64,000 bases of DNA from Phoronis australis. Taxonomy: Eukaryota; Animalia; Phoronida. Shown here one piece after another: positions 33,930 to 46,700 of this stretch; position 1 is the first letter of the stretch, and every line of letters begins with the position of its first letter. The translations under genes and the position numbers were made by a program. The stretch is from positions 600,343-664,342 of the forward strand of contig NMRA01000117.1 of the NCBI GenBank assembly GCA_002633005.1. The letters are read 5' to 3'. The notes beneath the pieces were generated by a model, which was given only the letters and a program-made list of their open reading frames with translations, searched no databases and had not been told where the DNA came from.

Positions 33930-36900
33930 ATGTCTATGGTAAGATTCGCTTCGCTAGTTTTTCGATCTGTTGTTGAATTGATGTTTCAAGTGGGCATGTG
34001 TGAAAATAACAATAAAGCTGCCCGAGAGCCACAAATTTCCTCTTCCACTCGAATCCAAGACGAAGGTGACGACGACGTTTGACATCTAACTTTTCTATTC
34101 TCTGGAATCTCACCCTGTTTTCGAATTCATATCGGGAATTGACAGTAATCAGGTTACCGGCGAAAATAATCTGCTTATAAGCCATACTACTATTACTGTA
34201 ATACTGTGGAAAACTGTAGGATTTCCTGGTTCACGTCTACCAGTTACTGGTATTTCAATTTCAAGCCATCCAGCTGCTAACTACATGTACTGTAACGTTC
34301 ACAGTCAGATCAGCAAAATCCTTCAGACCACATCCCTCAAATGGATTACGGGGTCAGCTGACCAGGCTACTATTCCCTCAAAAATTTGTCTGAATATCAC
34401 TGACAGTCCAGTGATAACAGCGCGAGATATGCTTGGCTAAAATGCGTGACAAAAACGTTAGCAATTTCATTGGCATTTAGGCAGACAGCCAAGAAAGGAT
34501 AATTTTTGCTAACAAAGTAACAGTTAGTTTCCTCACCACTGAATTGTTTTTAAGCAAAACAGGTTCACTCTGAGCCATAAATTAATTAATTGATATGACG
34601 ATGGAACAAAGGCCTATCCCTGTGAAACAAAGAGCGGCATTTCTTCCCGTTAAGCTTTGTAAAAATGAAAACTGAATACCGTATTCGCCGTAATAACTGC
34701 CCATGCCCTTATAAGCGCCCCCCCCACGCGATTTCAGACTTTCTTAAAATAAGCGCTTAGTCCATGAACGTGTACGTGCGAAAAATGCCTTACCTACAGT
34801 CCTAAAATTCTGCAGTAATGTCTTCAATTTATCAATAATATCCGACAGTCCTGAAAAAAATCATTGTGCGCAGAATTTGTAGACCACGAGCCTCGCCGCT
34901 ATGTCAGTATTTAGCCGTGACTATACACTTCAAACTTGCGCCATGCCTCAAAACGAACACATAAAATCTGTTGATATTGCGAGGACCAATGGTCTGGCCT
35001 TTCAGAACAAAAGTAGTGTACTTGTCTACGGAATTGCACTGTAGATATTTCCCAGTTTCAACAGGAATCCAAATATCTTTGAAGGCCTACACATGAAAAC
35101 CGCGAATCGAAGACTAATAAAAAGCTTGGCCCATAGAATCACACTAAGATGTCTATGGCTTGGCCAGTGTTAAAAGCACGTGTCCAGGAAGCGGGCGAAA
35201 CATACATGAACCTGTCCTCAAAGGCATTAGTTGGGAACTATCCATTCATGAAACGGGTAGCATAGCATCGGCAAGAAATGAATATTGGCACTAATTTCCG
35301 ACAGTTTCTATAAAAAATGTTTACATTATTTTTAAAATGAATTGTTTGATTAACAATAATGGATGTTTTTAAGCCAAATATCCGATAAAATGACCACTGG
35401 CAGTGAATACTTACACACCCTTACACCGAAAAATAACTGTCAGATAGTCATGTACGCATCCAGCCACTCGGCGACTAATATGGCCTTACCGAGACACAAA
35501 TGTCGAACGTTTTTAGCACACGAGACCGACAAGTGCTGAATGGAACACGCTCTTGTTTAGGCCTACTGCTTGTGCAAATTTCTTTAGATGCAATGCACAT
35601 CTAGCTCGTTAGATTGCATGGCTCTCTGCTCTGGCAAATGAACTCTGGTGACACGCACGCACTCGCTTACTCACAAATGCAGACAACTTCAAAACAAATG
35701 TCACGTGACAACAGCATGTGTGTTCGTCCAGACATTTTTCTCATGTTGCCGTTCGTACATGAAGATGGCACGATGTAGCACAGATTGGTACTTAAACCTG
35801 CCGTGATCCCGACTCCACGGGAACTTAAAAATCTTAGGGACGCTACTTGGAAAACTTATTAAGGAGGATTTCAGGTAATTTGCTTGAGTCGAAACTGTAT
35901 TTTTATTCAAGCATTCAAGTCACCATATCGACGATTGCGAGGCAGGCAGTGGCGAGTTTTCGCTTTGGGATTTCAGCACAATTAGTCTCATTGCTGTGAT
36001 AGGATTTTATTTCCGTTAGCTACAAGAAAATCAACAGTGACTCTAGAACACAGTTCTGAGTTTATTTGGATTGACCAACCCTAAAATTGTAGGTATTGAA
36101 AAAGTCAGGATCTGAGGAACATGGTTGTTTTTAAATGCCAAGGTGCATCAGTTTAGAATTCAATATAAATGACTGCTAAACAGTTACAAAACGTTTTTCA
36201 CGTAAATAGCTGTACAGAATGTCAATTGTTTCACGAGATTTTACGTGCATCCCCGTTGAGTCGTCCACTTTACAGTACAAGTTTTGTGACAAGCAGTAAT
36301 GTCCAGCTACATGCATCGATTACTAGCGGTATTTTGACTGTCAATCTTGTTACAGGTGTTTAGCTAGCTAGTCTGACCCCTGCTCATGAAGACTGCTATG
36401 CACCTTTTTTGTCACGAGTCATGTCAAGCCCTGAGAAAATGCTTCAGAATTTATTGGGTCAACTAACCCTATAATTACAGATTTGAAAATGGCAAATGTA
36501 TGCATTGCCCGCTAATTGAGTTGCCGGCTCATTTGGTACCAATTAAAATCAGGTCAGTGTAGTAATGTGTTTAAACCCTTATAGCTCATGGGCTAAGGAC
36601 TTGACATTGACACCAAACCAGCTGCATTGTGCAGATTTAAGGCTTTCAACTTGTCATGATCTGAGATCTTATTTTGCAGGTTTCATGTTGCCTGTGTTAA
36701 CAACCACTCACCAAACTCAGAGCCATCTGTTGACATGAACCCTCTGTGCAGCCTTGAACGATAATTAGATCTCTTGTGAACACCTACTTTTTCCACCATC
36801 AAGGACCGTGCATTGGTGGGACATTCCAATAAAGCTTACCTAAGTGTTTATTGAAGTGGTCAAAGAAAATGCACTTGCCACTTACAGAGATGTGCGATTT

Positions 36901-39900
36901 CAAGAACCAGTTAGATGCCAGTGGAAGACACAGGCAGCAGTGTCCTTTTCCGCCATTATATAATTGTGTTCTCATCTCGATTGAGATGAAATAAGGTCTT
37001 GGTGATGTCCTTGGCAGTTGCTGTATTGTCAGGACTGGGTGTCTAAGAGTAGAGATTCCATTCGGTGTCCATACTGCTTCAAAGTCGGGGACATGCTGTT
37101 TTGGACTGATTTGTATTATCGTGTCATAATTAATGAATTGAATGATATTTTCAGAGCAACGTGGAAAACCTGTCCCCGCAAATCATCCGTCAAGTGGCTA
37201 AGGAATTGGCTGAGTTATCATCGGATCCACCTGAGGGCATTAAAGTTTTCTTCAATGAGACTGACATAACAGACATCCAGGCTGTGATAGAAGGTCCAGG
37301 TATGACAGCCATTGTTGATAATTTACCCCTATTACAAATTACATGTCTTAACTTTAAGCTATTTGAACAAGTACAGTTCTCGTAGGTATACTCTTCATTT
37401 GTAAATGGTTCAGTATAAAGTTTGTTGTTTTACCAAAAAGCTGATCTTGAAACAAAAACACACTTATGCAAACTTGAGCATAATGTTTTGAATGTTGTTT
37501 TACCGAACGTAATTGCAATGCTGTGTGTGAGATTTCTTTTAATTCCAACTGACTATTTTCTAAGTATCGCTTTTAACTGGGAATGTAAGTCGAACTATTT
37601 CTGTGATTGTCTTCTTTATCCTTTTATTTTGTTTGTATTGACAAATCTACACCTTTTTCTGAAGTTTGCCTGCACTTTGCTCAGTTCTTCTATTGAACCA
37701 ACTTTCTCTTGTAGCCGGGACGCCATACGCCGGAGGTGTCTTCAAAATGAAATTAGTGCTTGGCAAAAATTTTCCTACTGAGCCACCAAAGGGGTTCTTC
37801 ATTACTAAAATATTCCACCCAAATGTATCTGAGAATGGCGAGATCTGTGTCAACACCCTCAAGAAAGACTGGAAGGCCCAGCTAGGACTAAAGCACATAT
37901 TACTGGTAATTGCACTGCTGTCACCATCGGGAATTCATCCAGAATTTCAAAAATAGGGCATCCAGAATGAGATTCCCAGTTTTCTCAGGGAATTTGTCAC
38001 TAATGACACGACGTGACTGCTGTTGTGACCCCAATTGAAATTATTTTCATAGTGTGGTATGTTACCGGGGAATTGTGGGTTTTCAATGAAATCCATCATC
38101 TTACATCATATCTTGACTAACTTTTTACTCTGAACTGACCAGAGCGCTCTCAGAACTGCTTTTAACAAGTTGAATGAGACACCATTGCTTACTGTACATG
38201 GGCCTCCAAATACTGGACAGGGGGTCCAGATGTTGAAAAGGGTGTCCATTTGGATGCCCACTAGATGAAGGCCTGGTCGCAGTAATCATGATGAATGAAC
38301 TGGCTTGGAAAACATATGATGTATTTGCATGTGTTTCGCGCTAGTCCGTCCTTCCTCAATGCTACACAGAGACAAGGATGTCATGCCTATACCAGTGTAC
38401 TGTATTCTCTGTAGTTGAAGAATGTAGCTGTCTAACCGAATGCCATGCATGGCGGAATGTCTAGATGAATGTGTTATTCTTGATAATGGGCATTACATTG
38501 TGTCATCAGTCTTCGATTAGAATTGAGGAAGGGTAGTCTAGCTTGAAATGTTTGCAGATATTTTTATGCTGACCAAGATTTGTCTCTGTACTTGTGTCTG
38601 CAACTTAATGGTCAGTAAATTTATTAATTATCATCTTTGGTGTATTGTATGACAATACATTGCGCATATTATTCATCTTGCAAAAATCCTTATCCATTTT
38701 CCTTTTGTGTCATCCAGTCAGTGTTCCTATTCCTTGTGTAGATGAGCTTGCAGTGATTATGCAGAAGTGGTTAAGTTGATTTCACCCATTTGGTACGAGC
38801 ATTAGTGTTACTGGGGTATATACATTTATGTAGCAGTTTACCCGAGTGCATCATTGGTCTTCATTGTTCAACATGTAATGGTTTCTCTCAAGGTACAGTA
38901 ATTCTCCACTTATTTTGCACAAAATTATTGTCGAAATTGCCATGTTTCCATTTTTCAAATGTTGATTACTTTTCTGCAAGTTATGAAAAATTTACCAAAT
39001 TATTTTATGACATCTACACAGCAGAATCCATGCTAGCATGTTTAGAAATTTGATAAAATAGAATTCCATTTGTCGGCCACATTGTGTTTGTTAAATAAGT
39101 GAAGAATTGTCATGATAGAAGTCTTAGCCTGTTCATAAAGTTTTCTGTACGTAATCATGAGCTACCCGTTTGTTTGTAGACCGTCAAGTGCCTTCTCATT
39201 GTGCCTAACCCCGAGTCTGCACTGAATGAGGAAGCTGGCAAATTATTACTGGAGCAATATGACGACTACCGTGACAGGGCGGAGATGTTCACTGAAATTC
39301 ACGCTAAGCCTGCGAGGTTAGTAACACTGGTCTAGTGCTTTGAAACAGCCATTATTAAACACAATAGCAATGCAGATATTGATGTGCACCCAGAATGTGT
39401 AACACAAACAGGGAAGAAACATAATTTTTAACATTCCCATGAGAGGTGGCAGATAAATTTATTACATTTAAGATCGCCTCTTGCGGACACAACACCAGTT
39501 CACAAAGTGGCAGCGAAATCTTCTTGTTAATAAAATATAGCAAATGATAATCACAAACATCTCCAAAGTGACTTCGAAGGTACATTATTATAAAAGCCAT
39601 AAAATAGAGGGTATAGCATTAGGATGCTATTTTAATAAAAATCATATCCACTAATTTTCACATAGATCACAAATGGATTGGCAGAAATGTGGCACCAAAA
39701 TTAGGGCTCAATGCTAAGGCATAACGTTAACTCATTATTTCCTGCTGGATTTTTATCACAACATCATTGAAGCCTTGGGAATTGTGGACAAAATTTGCCA
39801 ATTTTTCGAAAACTATTGTCATACAAGTGTAAATATGTCTGGGGTAAAAATGGTGGATATTATGGGTTTATGACAAAATTGCTGTAATTTACATACGTTT

Positions 39901-40031
39901 TGAAATTTCTTTTCAGGACATCCTGTGATGACAGGTTATCCGAGGGGCCTGTTGCAAAAAAGCATGCGGGTGATAAAAAGTTGATAGATAAAAAGAAAAA
40001 AGACAAGAAAAAGACTCTTAAGCGATTATGA
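33930..40031 (+). CDS. UBE2S: Ubiquitin-conjugating enzyme E2 S (198 aa, 5 coding exons)
   Basis: Exons 33930-33938 (ATGTCTATG|gtaag), 37155-37299, 37715-37905, 39180-39316, 39917-40031 (597 nt). [37 protein letters not shown] (active-site Cys), [12 protein letters not shown] and the basic C-terminal [11 protein letters not shown]. The first micro-exon is inferred from phase and position. Confidence 0.95.
34679..34760. mobile_element. Left end of a Tc1/mariner-superfamily (CCGTA-terminus) DNA element
   Basis: TA + ccgtattcgccgtaataactgcccatgcccttataagcgccc resembles the termini at 51325 and 62635. Right end not found. Confidence 0.45.
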
Positions 40032-40448
40032 GTCTCATTTCAGTTTTAAATTTGCAATCAATGTTCATAATAAAAGGTATGCGACAACCATTATTAAAAT
40101 AATGCATTCATCGCATTTTAGAAAGTAACCTGAATAATAACGTTGTCCATTAGAATTTTCTGTCTTTTAGTAACTGTCCTCTTTTAGTCATCCTTCTGTA
40201 GCTATCATGACTTTGATAAGAGCATGTGAAGAGAATGCAATTGTGAAAGGAAAATTGATCTTTTATCTGTCAGTTCCAGTGCTTGACTTGTTGCCCAGGG
40301 TAGGGTGAAAAGTGTAATAATATAGTAAATGTATTTATTATTAATAACGATGTGCATGTGATGAATGGCCGTCTTTGTATCATAAAAAAATAAAATTAAT
40401 ATATTGATACTTTCCATTGTTTTTGTCCCAGTCGAACACGAGAAATAA

Positions 40449-40655
40449 CAGCTCCCTCTAACACATTGCTCTGTAACTACACAGGTACATAACCATTCAC
40501 AGCTCCCTCTAACACATTGCTCTGTAACTACACAGGTACATAACCATTCACAGCTCCCTCTAACACATTGCTCTGTAACTACACAGGTACATAACCATTC
40601 ACAGCTCCCTCTAACACATTACTTTGTAACTACACAGGTACATGACCATTCACAG
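40449..40655. repeat. 51-bp minisatellite, 4 copies
   Basis: cagctccctctaacacattgctctgtaactacacaggtacataaccattca repeated. Confidence 0.95.
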
Positions 40656-40746
40656 CCTATTGGTGTAATGAGTATATTGTTCTTTTCATACAGAACCATG
40701 TAATCATTCGGACACATTGGACTAAAGCACAAACAATAACGTCTGT

Positions 40747-43700
40747 TCACAAATACTTAATCAGTTTTCGTAGTGCCTTTTTGATGGCTTTCAACATATC
40801 GCATAAAACCAATAGATACGATAACAGTCCTTGGTAACGCATTTTTTCTCTAATCACCAATTTTGGCAAGTTAGGATGAGACAATCCAGAAAAATCATAT
40901 TTGCTATCGAGCATAATCTTCAATTCATCCATTACATCCAGCACTCTCATTCCATAATGATTCACAACACTGGTCTTGGTTTCACTTTCCAATTCCCCCT
41001 TGATGTTGGTATAAATATCTTCATCTAGTTTGTCGATTCTGTTTTTGAAACGCGCGTGTAAGTTCAGAAACTGTTGTACGAGGTCAGCTTGTATCTGAGC
41101 ATTATTAGACTGTTTACACAACTCGTGTAGTTCTCTCAGCTCATCCAAGTTATTTATAGTTAGCCTGTCTGTGGGTTGAACAAGATTCAGAGTGAGCAAG
41201 AAAGATGAACACGAGGATTGGAACAACGATATGCACCGGCTCATCTCACTCATGTACTCGGTCAAATTTCCTAGTCCATGAAATAGCTTCTGCACGAAAG
41301 GATCCTGGCAGTCTGAAATAAAAACAATTCATGGTTCTCATTTATCTAACACACCGCAGTTTATTTATTTGAAACAACAGGATTGTTCCCTTTGCTACCT
41401 AGGTGCTTTACATTTGTTTTGGAGTGGCATTAATATTGCAGCAGGAGGAGTTTAAGTAAAACGTGTACAGGGAACATTCAAAATACAAACCATCCGCACA
41501 GCGAGAGCAGGAAAGCATCTCCCACTTGACTCAATTTCTAATTCTGGAATTGACAGGGATGAAACAAATAACTTTCATTCATGGACATTTCTAGATGTTA
41601 AGCATTTTCATGTGAATCAGTTGATTATCCTACCACACAACAAAGGTAATTTGATGCCATGACAGTAACATCTATAAAAAAACGCTGGAAATTCTCAATT
41701 AGCAATGCACCAAGAGCGCAGAGTGCACTCGATCCATCAACTACTCTATCGCCACCCACCAATAAAGAGTTCTATTTCATTACGTCGGCTAGTAGACAAA
41801 GGAGTACTTTGAGTCTGTCTACTGCACACTACCCAGGGCCACAGGAGGTTGAGTGTCCGCGTCCTGGTCACAGAGTCACAGGTTTAATCCCACTGGACCC
41901 CCTTGCTAGACCCTTCAGTCAGGTCTCCAGCTCCTCAGCTCACTCTTAATTTGTGTATATGACTATGGTTTCAGATATTTGGTGCAATGGGCCCGACTAC
42001 CACACGAATCAGACCACCAGCACAATTTTTAGGGCCACAGGGATATGTCCTCAAAACTTTTACAATTCTAGTTTTGAATTATGCTGTGTATATAAAATGT
42101 CAGCAACAATGACCTGGCATTCCCCAACAGCTCTTGCCTTTTACAGGTCTAACACTTATCAAAATATTAAAAGGAATTAAATCTTCTCTGTGAAGATAAT
42201 GTTCATTCATTAAGAAAAATAATGATTCTAAGGAAGCTCACTCTCAGCCATTTGGTTTGCATTATAAACTTGGCCTGCTTCACAGCTGCTTGTACTTTGT
42301 CAATAGATTTGAAAAAGAAACGCTGTTATGAAGAGGCCCATTTATCAAGAACTCTGATCAAAGGTCATATTATGCAGAGTAGTCATAACTTCACAGCATT
42401 AAAACAATGGTAACAATAAGTTGACATATCATGGAGTAAAATCGGTGATTTTGAAGTGTTTGAACTTTGAAACTCAGGTTAAGGTAATTTTTACCCAAAA
42501 AATATAGTAAAAATAGCTGTGTTAGAATTGGGTTCTCTTGCAACCATTGAAGCATGGTTTTAGTAACTATATGAACCGTAGTAGATAATTGCTGCAAGTT
42601 GTGATGCCGGACAAAAGACTGTGAGAACACTCAAAATGGAGTAGACTAAGACCTGGATTTAGCCTAAGTTTAGGAACCATTGCTGTGTGGACTTGAAACG
42701 AAAAATACTTTTTTGTAATGAACTTAACTGAGTTTGAATAAAGGTACTTCTACAAGGCCCACCTTCTTGTTTAACATTTGGTTCAATAACGCTGTCACCA
42801 CAAGGTAAAGTTACATCACCCCCGGTGTCACTATGTTTGCCTGGGTCTCCAACCTTGGCAAATTCTGCCAATTCTTGCCGACATTCATCAAAGTTCTCTC
42901 TGTTGATATCAACAGTCAGTGATACTGCTTCTGCAGGGAACTGCTGTTTTATCTCTGGCATGAAAAGAGCGCTGGTCAGAATGATTTTCAGCTGCCCACT
43001 ATCGTATAGTGCCTGGAGATGTTCCATGTATGACAGGGTCAGCGGCGCAAGAACAATCACAACACTCCCCCTTCTGACGTCTGTGCAGACGATGCCGCGT
43101 AACTCCTTCAAATTGTTAAGAATATTCTTTGCCTCTTCGCCTCGTTGAATCATGGCATCCATGATTTTCGGTGCCATGTCAAGGAACACTTTCTCACCAT
43201 GAGAAGGGGACATGTTCACCTGCACATTGCAGTGGGCTTGAATTTCACCTGGAGTGACAAAATAATTATGCTTATAGTGAAACCCGATAAAATATAACAA
43301 AATAAAGAACTGAATGAATACAAAACAGAGATAGTAAATCAGATCTTCATCGGGACAATGTTAAACGATTAACATTAATCTTAACTTACAATAGAGCTTA
43401 AATTACGTTAAACATCATGTCCAAATTATCGACTCTTACGGTACTCAATTAAAAATACAGATCCAGCAAGTTTGACCTTATTTCTACATACCTGCCAAGC
43501 ATTATCAACACAAGGGTTGTGATTATCACAGAAACTGTCCCAATATCTTTCACACCTAACTTGTAAGTCCGTTTCACAACTAAGGTGATCAGCTGCCATG
43601 TTGGATACAAATTGGCAATCCTAATCAATTCTTGCTAAGAACAGTGCAGAAGTTTGCAAAGGACAATTAAAGATACAAGATATAACCAAACAGCATGCAG

Positions 43701-46700
43701 AGCATTAAGAAACTTACCTTTATGTCTGTATCTCATTGGCCTCAGTTTTGGTTTAGGTGGCACTATGGTTCTTTTTCTATTTCTTGTTTTAAGTGGGTTT
43801 TCATAGTTTTTCTCTTCTTCAAATAAAGCTGTAAAATAAATATTAATTGTTTGAACATACAACACAACATCAAACTGTATTATTACAAATCATGAAATCA
43901 TTGTAACAAAATCCAAATGAGAGGAGAGAACTAGGTACATTATTTCTTGCCAGTCACCCACATTTTTACTTTATTTTTTTAATCCAGAACCCATAATTTT
44001 TTTACAATGGAATGCGACCACAGATAATTTCCTACAGAAAATGCCTTGCCAATAAATTACTGATCAGAAATTTTGCAAATTAAGGAGACTGGTCTTTCCA
44101 ACCGAAACTTCAGGTTTAGATGCACAATTCCATTAATTTTTTCATGTAATGCAATTTTGCAATGTAGTCTCAGCTATGCACAGATTAACAATATAGAATA
44201 ACCTTGTTGAAATTCTATGGCTGGCGGGTTTGAAATCATTCAAACCTAACTTAAAGCCAAACTTCAAGGGAATTTTGTTATTTTAGGTCTATTGGTTAAC
44301 GAGATAGTCCTAGTAAAGCATTAGCAAAAATAAAAAAACGCGAGTTGATCACTCAAATGTAGGCCCATGAAATAATAGGTGAAGCTGTTTTTTTCGTGCC
44401 ATATTGCATCACCGCAAGATCCCAGCACAAACAACAAAAGGTTGAAAACAGTTGTATTGAATAGGGGTCAGAATAAAACACCATTGCATGTGGGTGTTAT
44501 TCGCAGCTGTTTGAATTTAAAGGTGATTCTAGCGGTGACAAAAACAAAAGCAAGCCAACAATTTGTAACATTTGTCAATTTATGACAGTGATGGGCTCAG
44601 AGCAATGCTCTTAACATACTGTAGGAATCAAATTTACAGGTGTAACCATTCAAGGTGTGCTTTAAGCCGCAATCTAAGAATTTTTTGTGACAGCGGGACT
44701 TAGTGCGAAATACACCCAACCAATGAGGAAGACAATCAACCTCAAACTATACTTACTGAAAGCTACTTCTTTTTTAGGAATGGAACATGTGAAATTTCCC
44801 ATCCGGTTTCTCTGTTTGTATTTCATCATATTGTTAGAGTTTATTTTGAACTTTTCAATGGTTTCTGAAACAAAATATCCAATATAAAACAATGCAAAAG
44901 TTAAACACTTTAATCAATTCACCTCAACGACTCGTATTAGTTAATTGGTAAAAAAACCTAAATTGGAGTTTTTGAACTTACATACTGTTGATGAAAATTA
45001 GAGACTCCCATAACAATCTAAATAATTTATTAAATTTCTTTCCTTTTATTAACAACAATTAATTCTCAGTTAAATTTGCCACCTGAGGTTTCAGTACATG
45101 TGGAATTAAAAAAATCAAACTGTTTTTGTTGGCATTCTCAAATAAAGGGAGAGAATTTTTTTCTGTAAACAAGGATCCCTCCAGTACTGTGCAGAACAGT
45201 TTAGAGTATACATGCCACTTGTTTCACTTATCAGCACATCTTCCGAAAATACAGCAAACAATACTGTAGTAATTTTTTCACTTGACCCCTTCTCATTAGT
45301 CTTGTGAAAAACCGGCAAAGCTGAACTGACAGGCTTGTCATTTTATGTATCAAAAGCAAGGCTGGCAATTGGCTGATTCTGAGGTCAAATGGTAGATGGA
45401 GTCACCATTTGGCATGTTGGCACTTAACTTCCATGGTTTTTACAAGGGTGGAGCCTGATTCTGTGTAAAATAAAGAATAAACAAAAAAGTCTCAGACAAA
45501 ATGAACTCACCACAAGATCAGAGCCCAAGATCCAATTATTCTGATCTCAGACTTGACTCAGACTCATAACTTAGCCAGTCACGTCAAATTATTCGAGAGC
45601 AAACTTAAAAGTTTACTCGAAGCCTGCCATGTAATTTATCAATTTTCGAATCCAGCTTCGAATACAGAAATGAGACCACCGGGCCTAGACTACAAACAGC
45701 TAATGTTGTTACCCAAAGCTTTCTTGATGTTCATCTTAGTCAACACCTCAGTCAGCTTGCTCTTGCTGGCCCGACCCTTATTGAGTCTTGCCCACTTTTC
45801 AAGCACTGTTGTGGCATACTTTGACGGTCGGTCAAATGGTATCACATGAACATCACTGATGTCTTCATCTGTCAGACCTAGCTCATAAGCCAGCTCCTTC
45901 CATCGGCTGTGTATATGGGGTGCAACATAGCGAAACAGTGACGACACACCTGTTTTATTAAGCAAAGCACAAATCTAAGTGAGACACATATCCAAATGTA
46001 GGACACAACAGAAATCAATAATAACTATGTGGTATTAAATTATTTTTGTTTTACGCTTCAAATAATAATTATTAGCAACTTTTAGTGACTAAGAGCATAG
46101 TTAGTACATCATTTCACATATATAACTAAACACTTGGAATGAGCTGCAATTATCATAATTAATATGTACTTGGTCAATACCAAGTACCCATTGTTTCCTA
46201 TCCGTAATGAACATGAACATGAACATAACATATAACAAGAGTAAGAGTAACATTGACATGTGTCCAAATGGCAGACACAACACTGGTGAAGTTCAAATTG
46301 AGTCATGCTCATCATAATAGGAACAGGTCTTGCAATGACCAGTGACAAAGAGGAATTTTTTCCAGGTGATGTATCGTTGCACAAACACATAGGCTTGTGG
46401 GACAGAAATATTGTTTGCGTTATAACACTTTATTGAAATAAACGATTTTGCATAAAATCAAAATGATGACAAAAAGAGATGAAAAAAGAGGAAAATGGAA
46501 ATCGAATAAGAGGAAATTTAAATCAAAAAGAGGCAATTCTCTTAAAAGATGAAAATTCCAATCCCTGTAGAAATGGAATGATGATTCTTCAAGGGATAGG
46601 CAGATAGAGACTGGGTAAATACGATAAGTGAACACTCGTAACATTGCCCTAGGCGGATACAAAAAATTATCAAAATGGCCACAAGGTACGCAGAACATGC

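Noticed and set aside
38288-38400. ATGATGA (C-box-like) in a UBE2S intron as a C/D snoRNA
   Set aside because: No CTGA D box at suitable distance and no terminal stem seen.
45511-45620. Possible extra exon of the death-fold gene (strong gtgagt donor at 45510)
   Set aside because: No convincing acceptor or open frame, and the flanking exons already join in phase without it.
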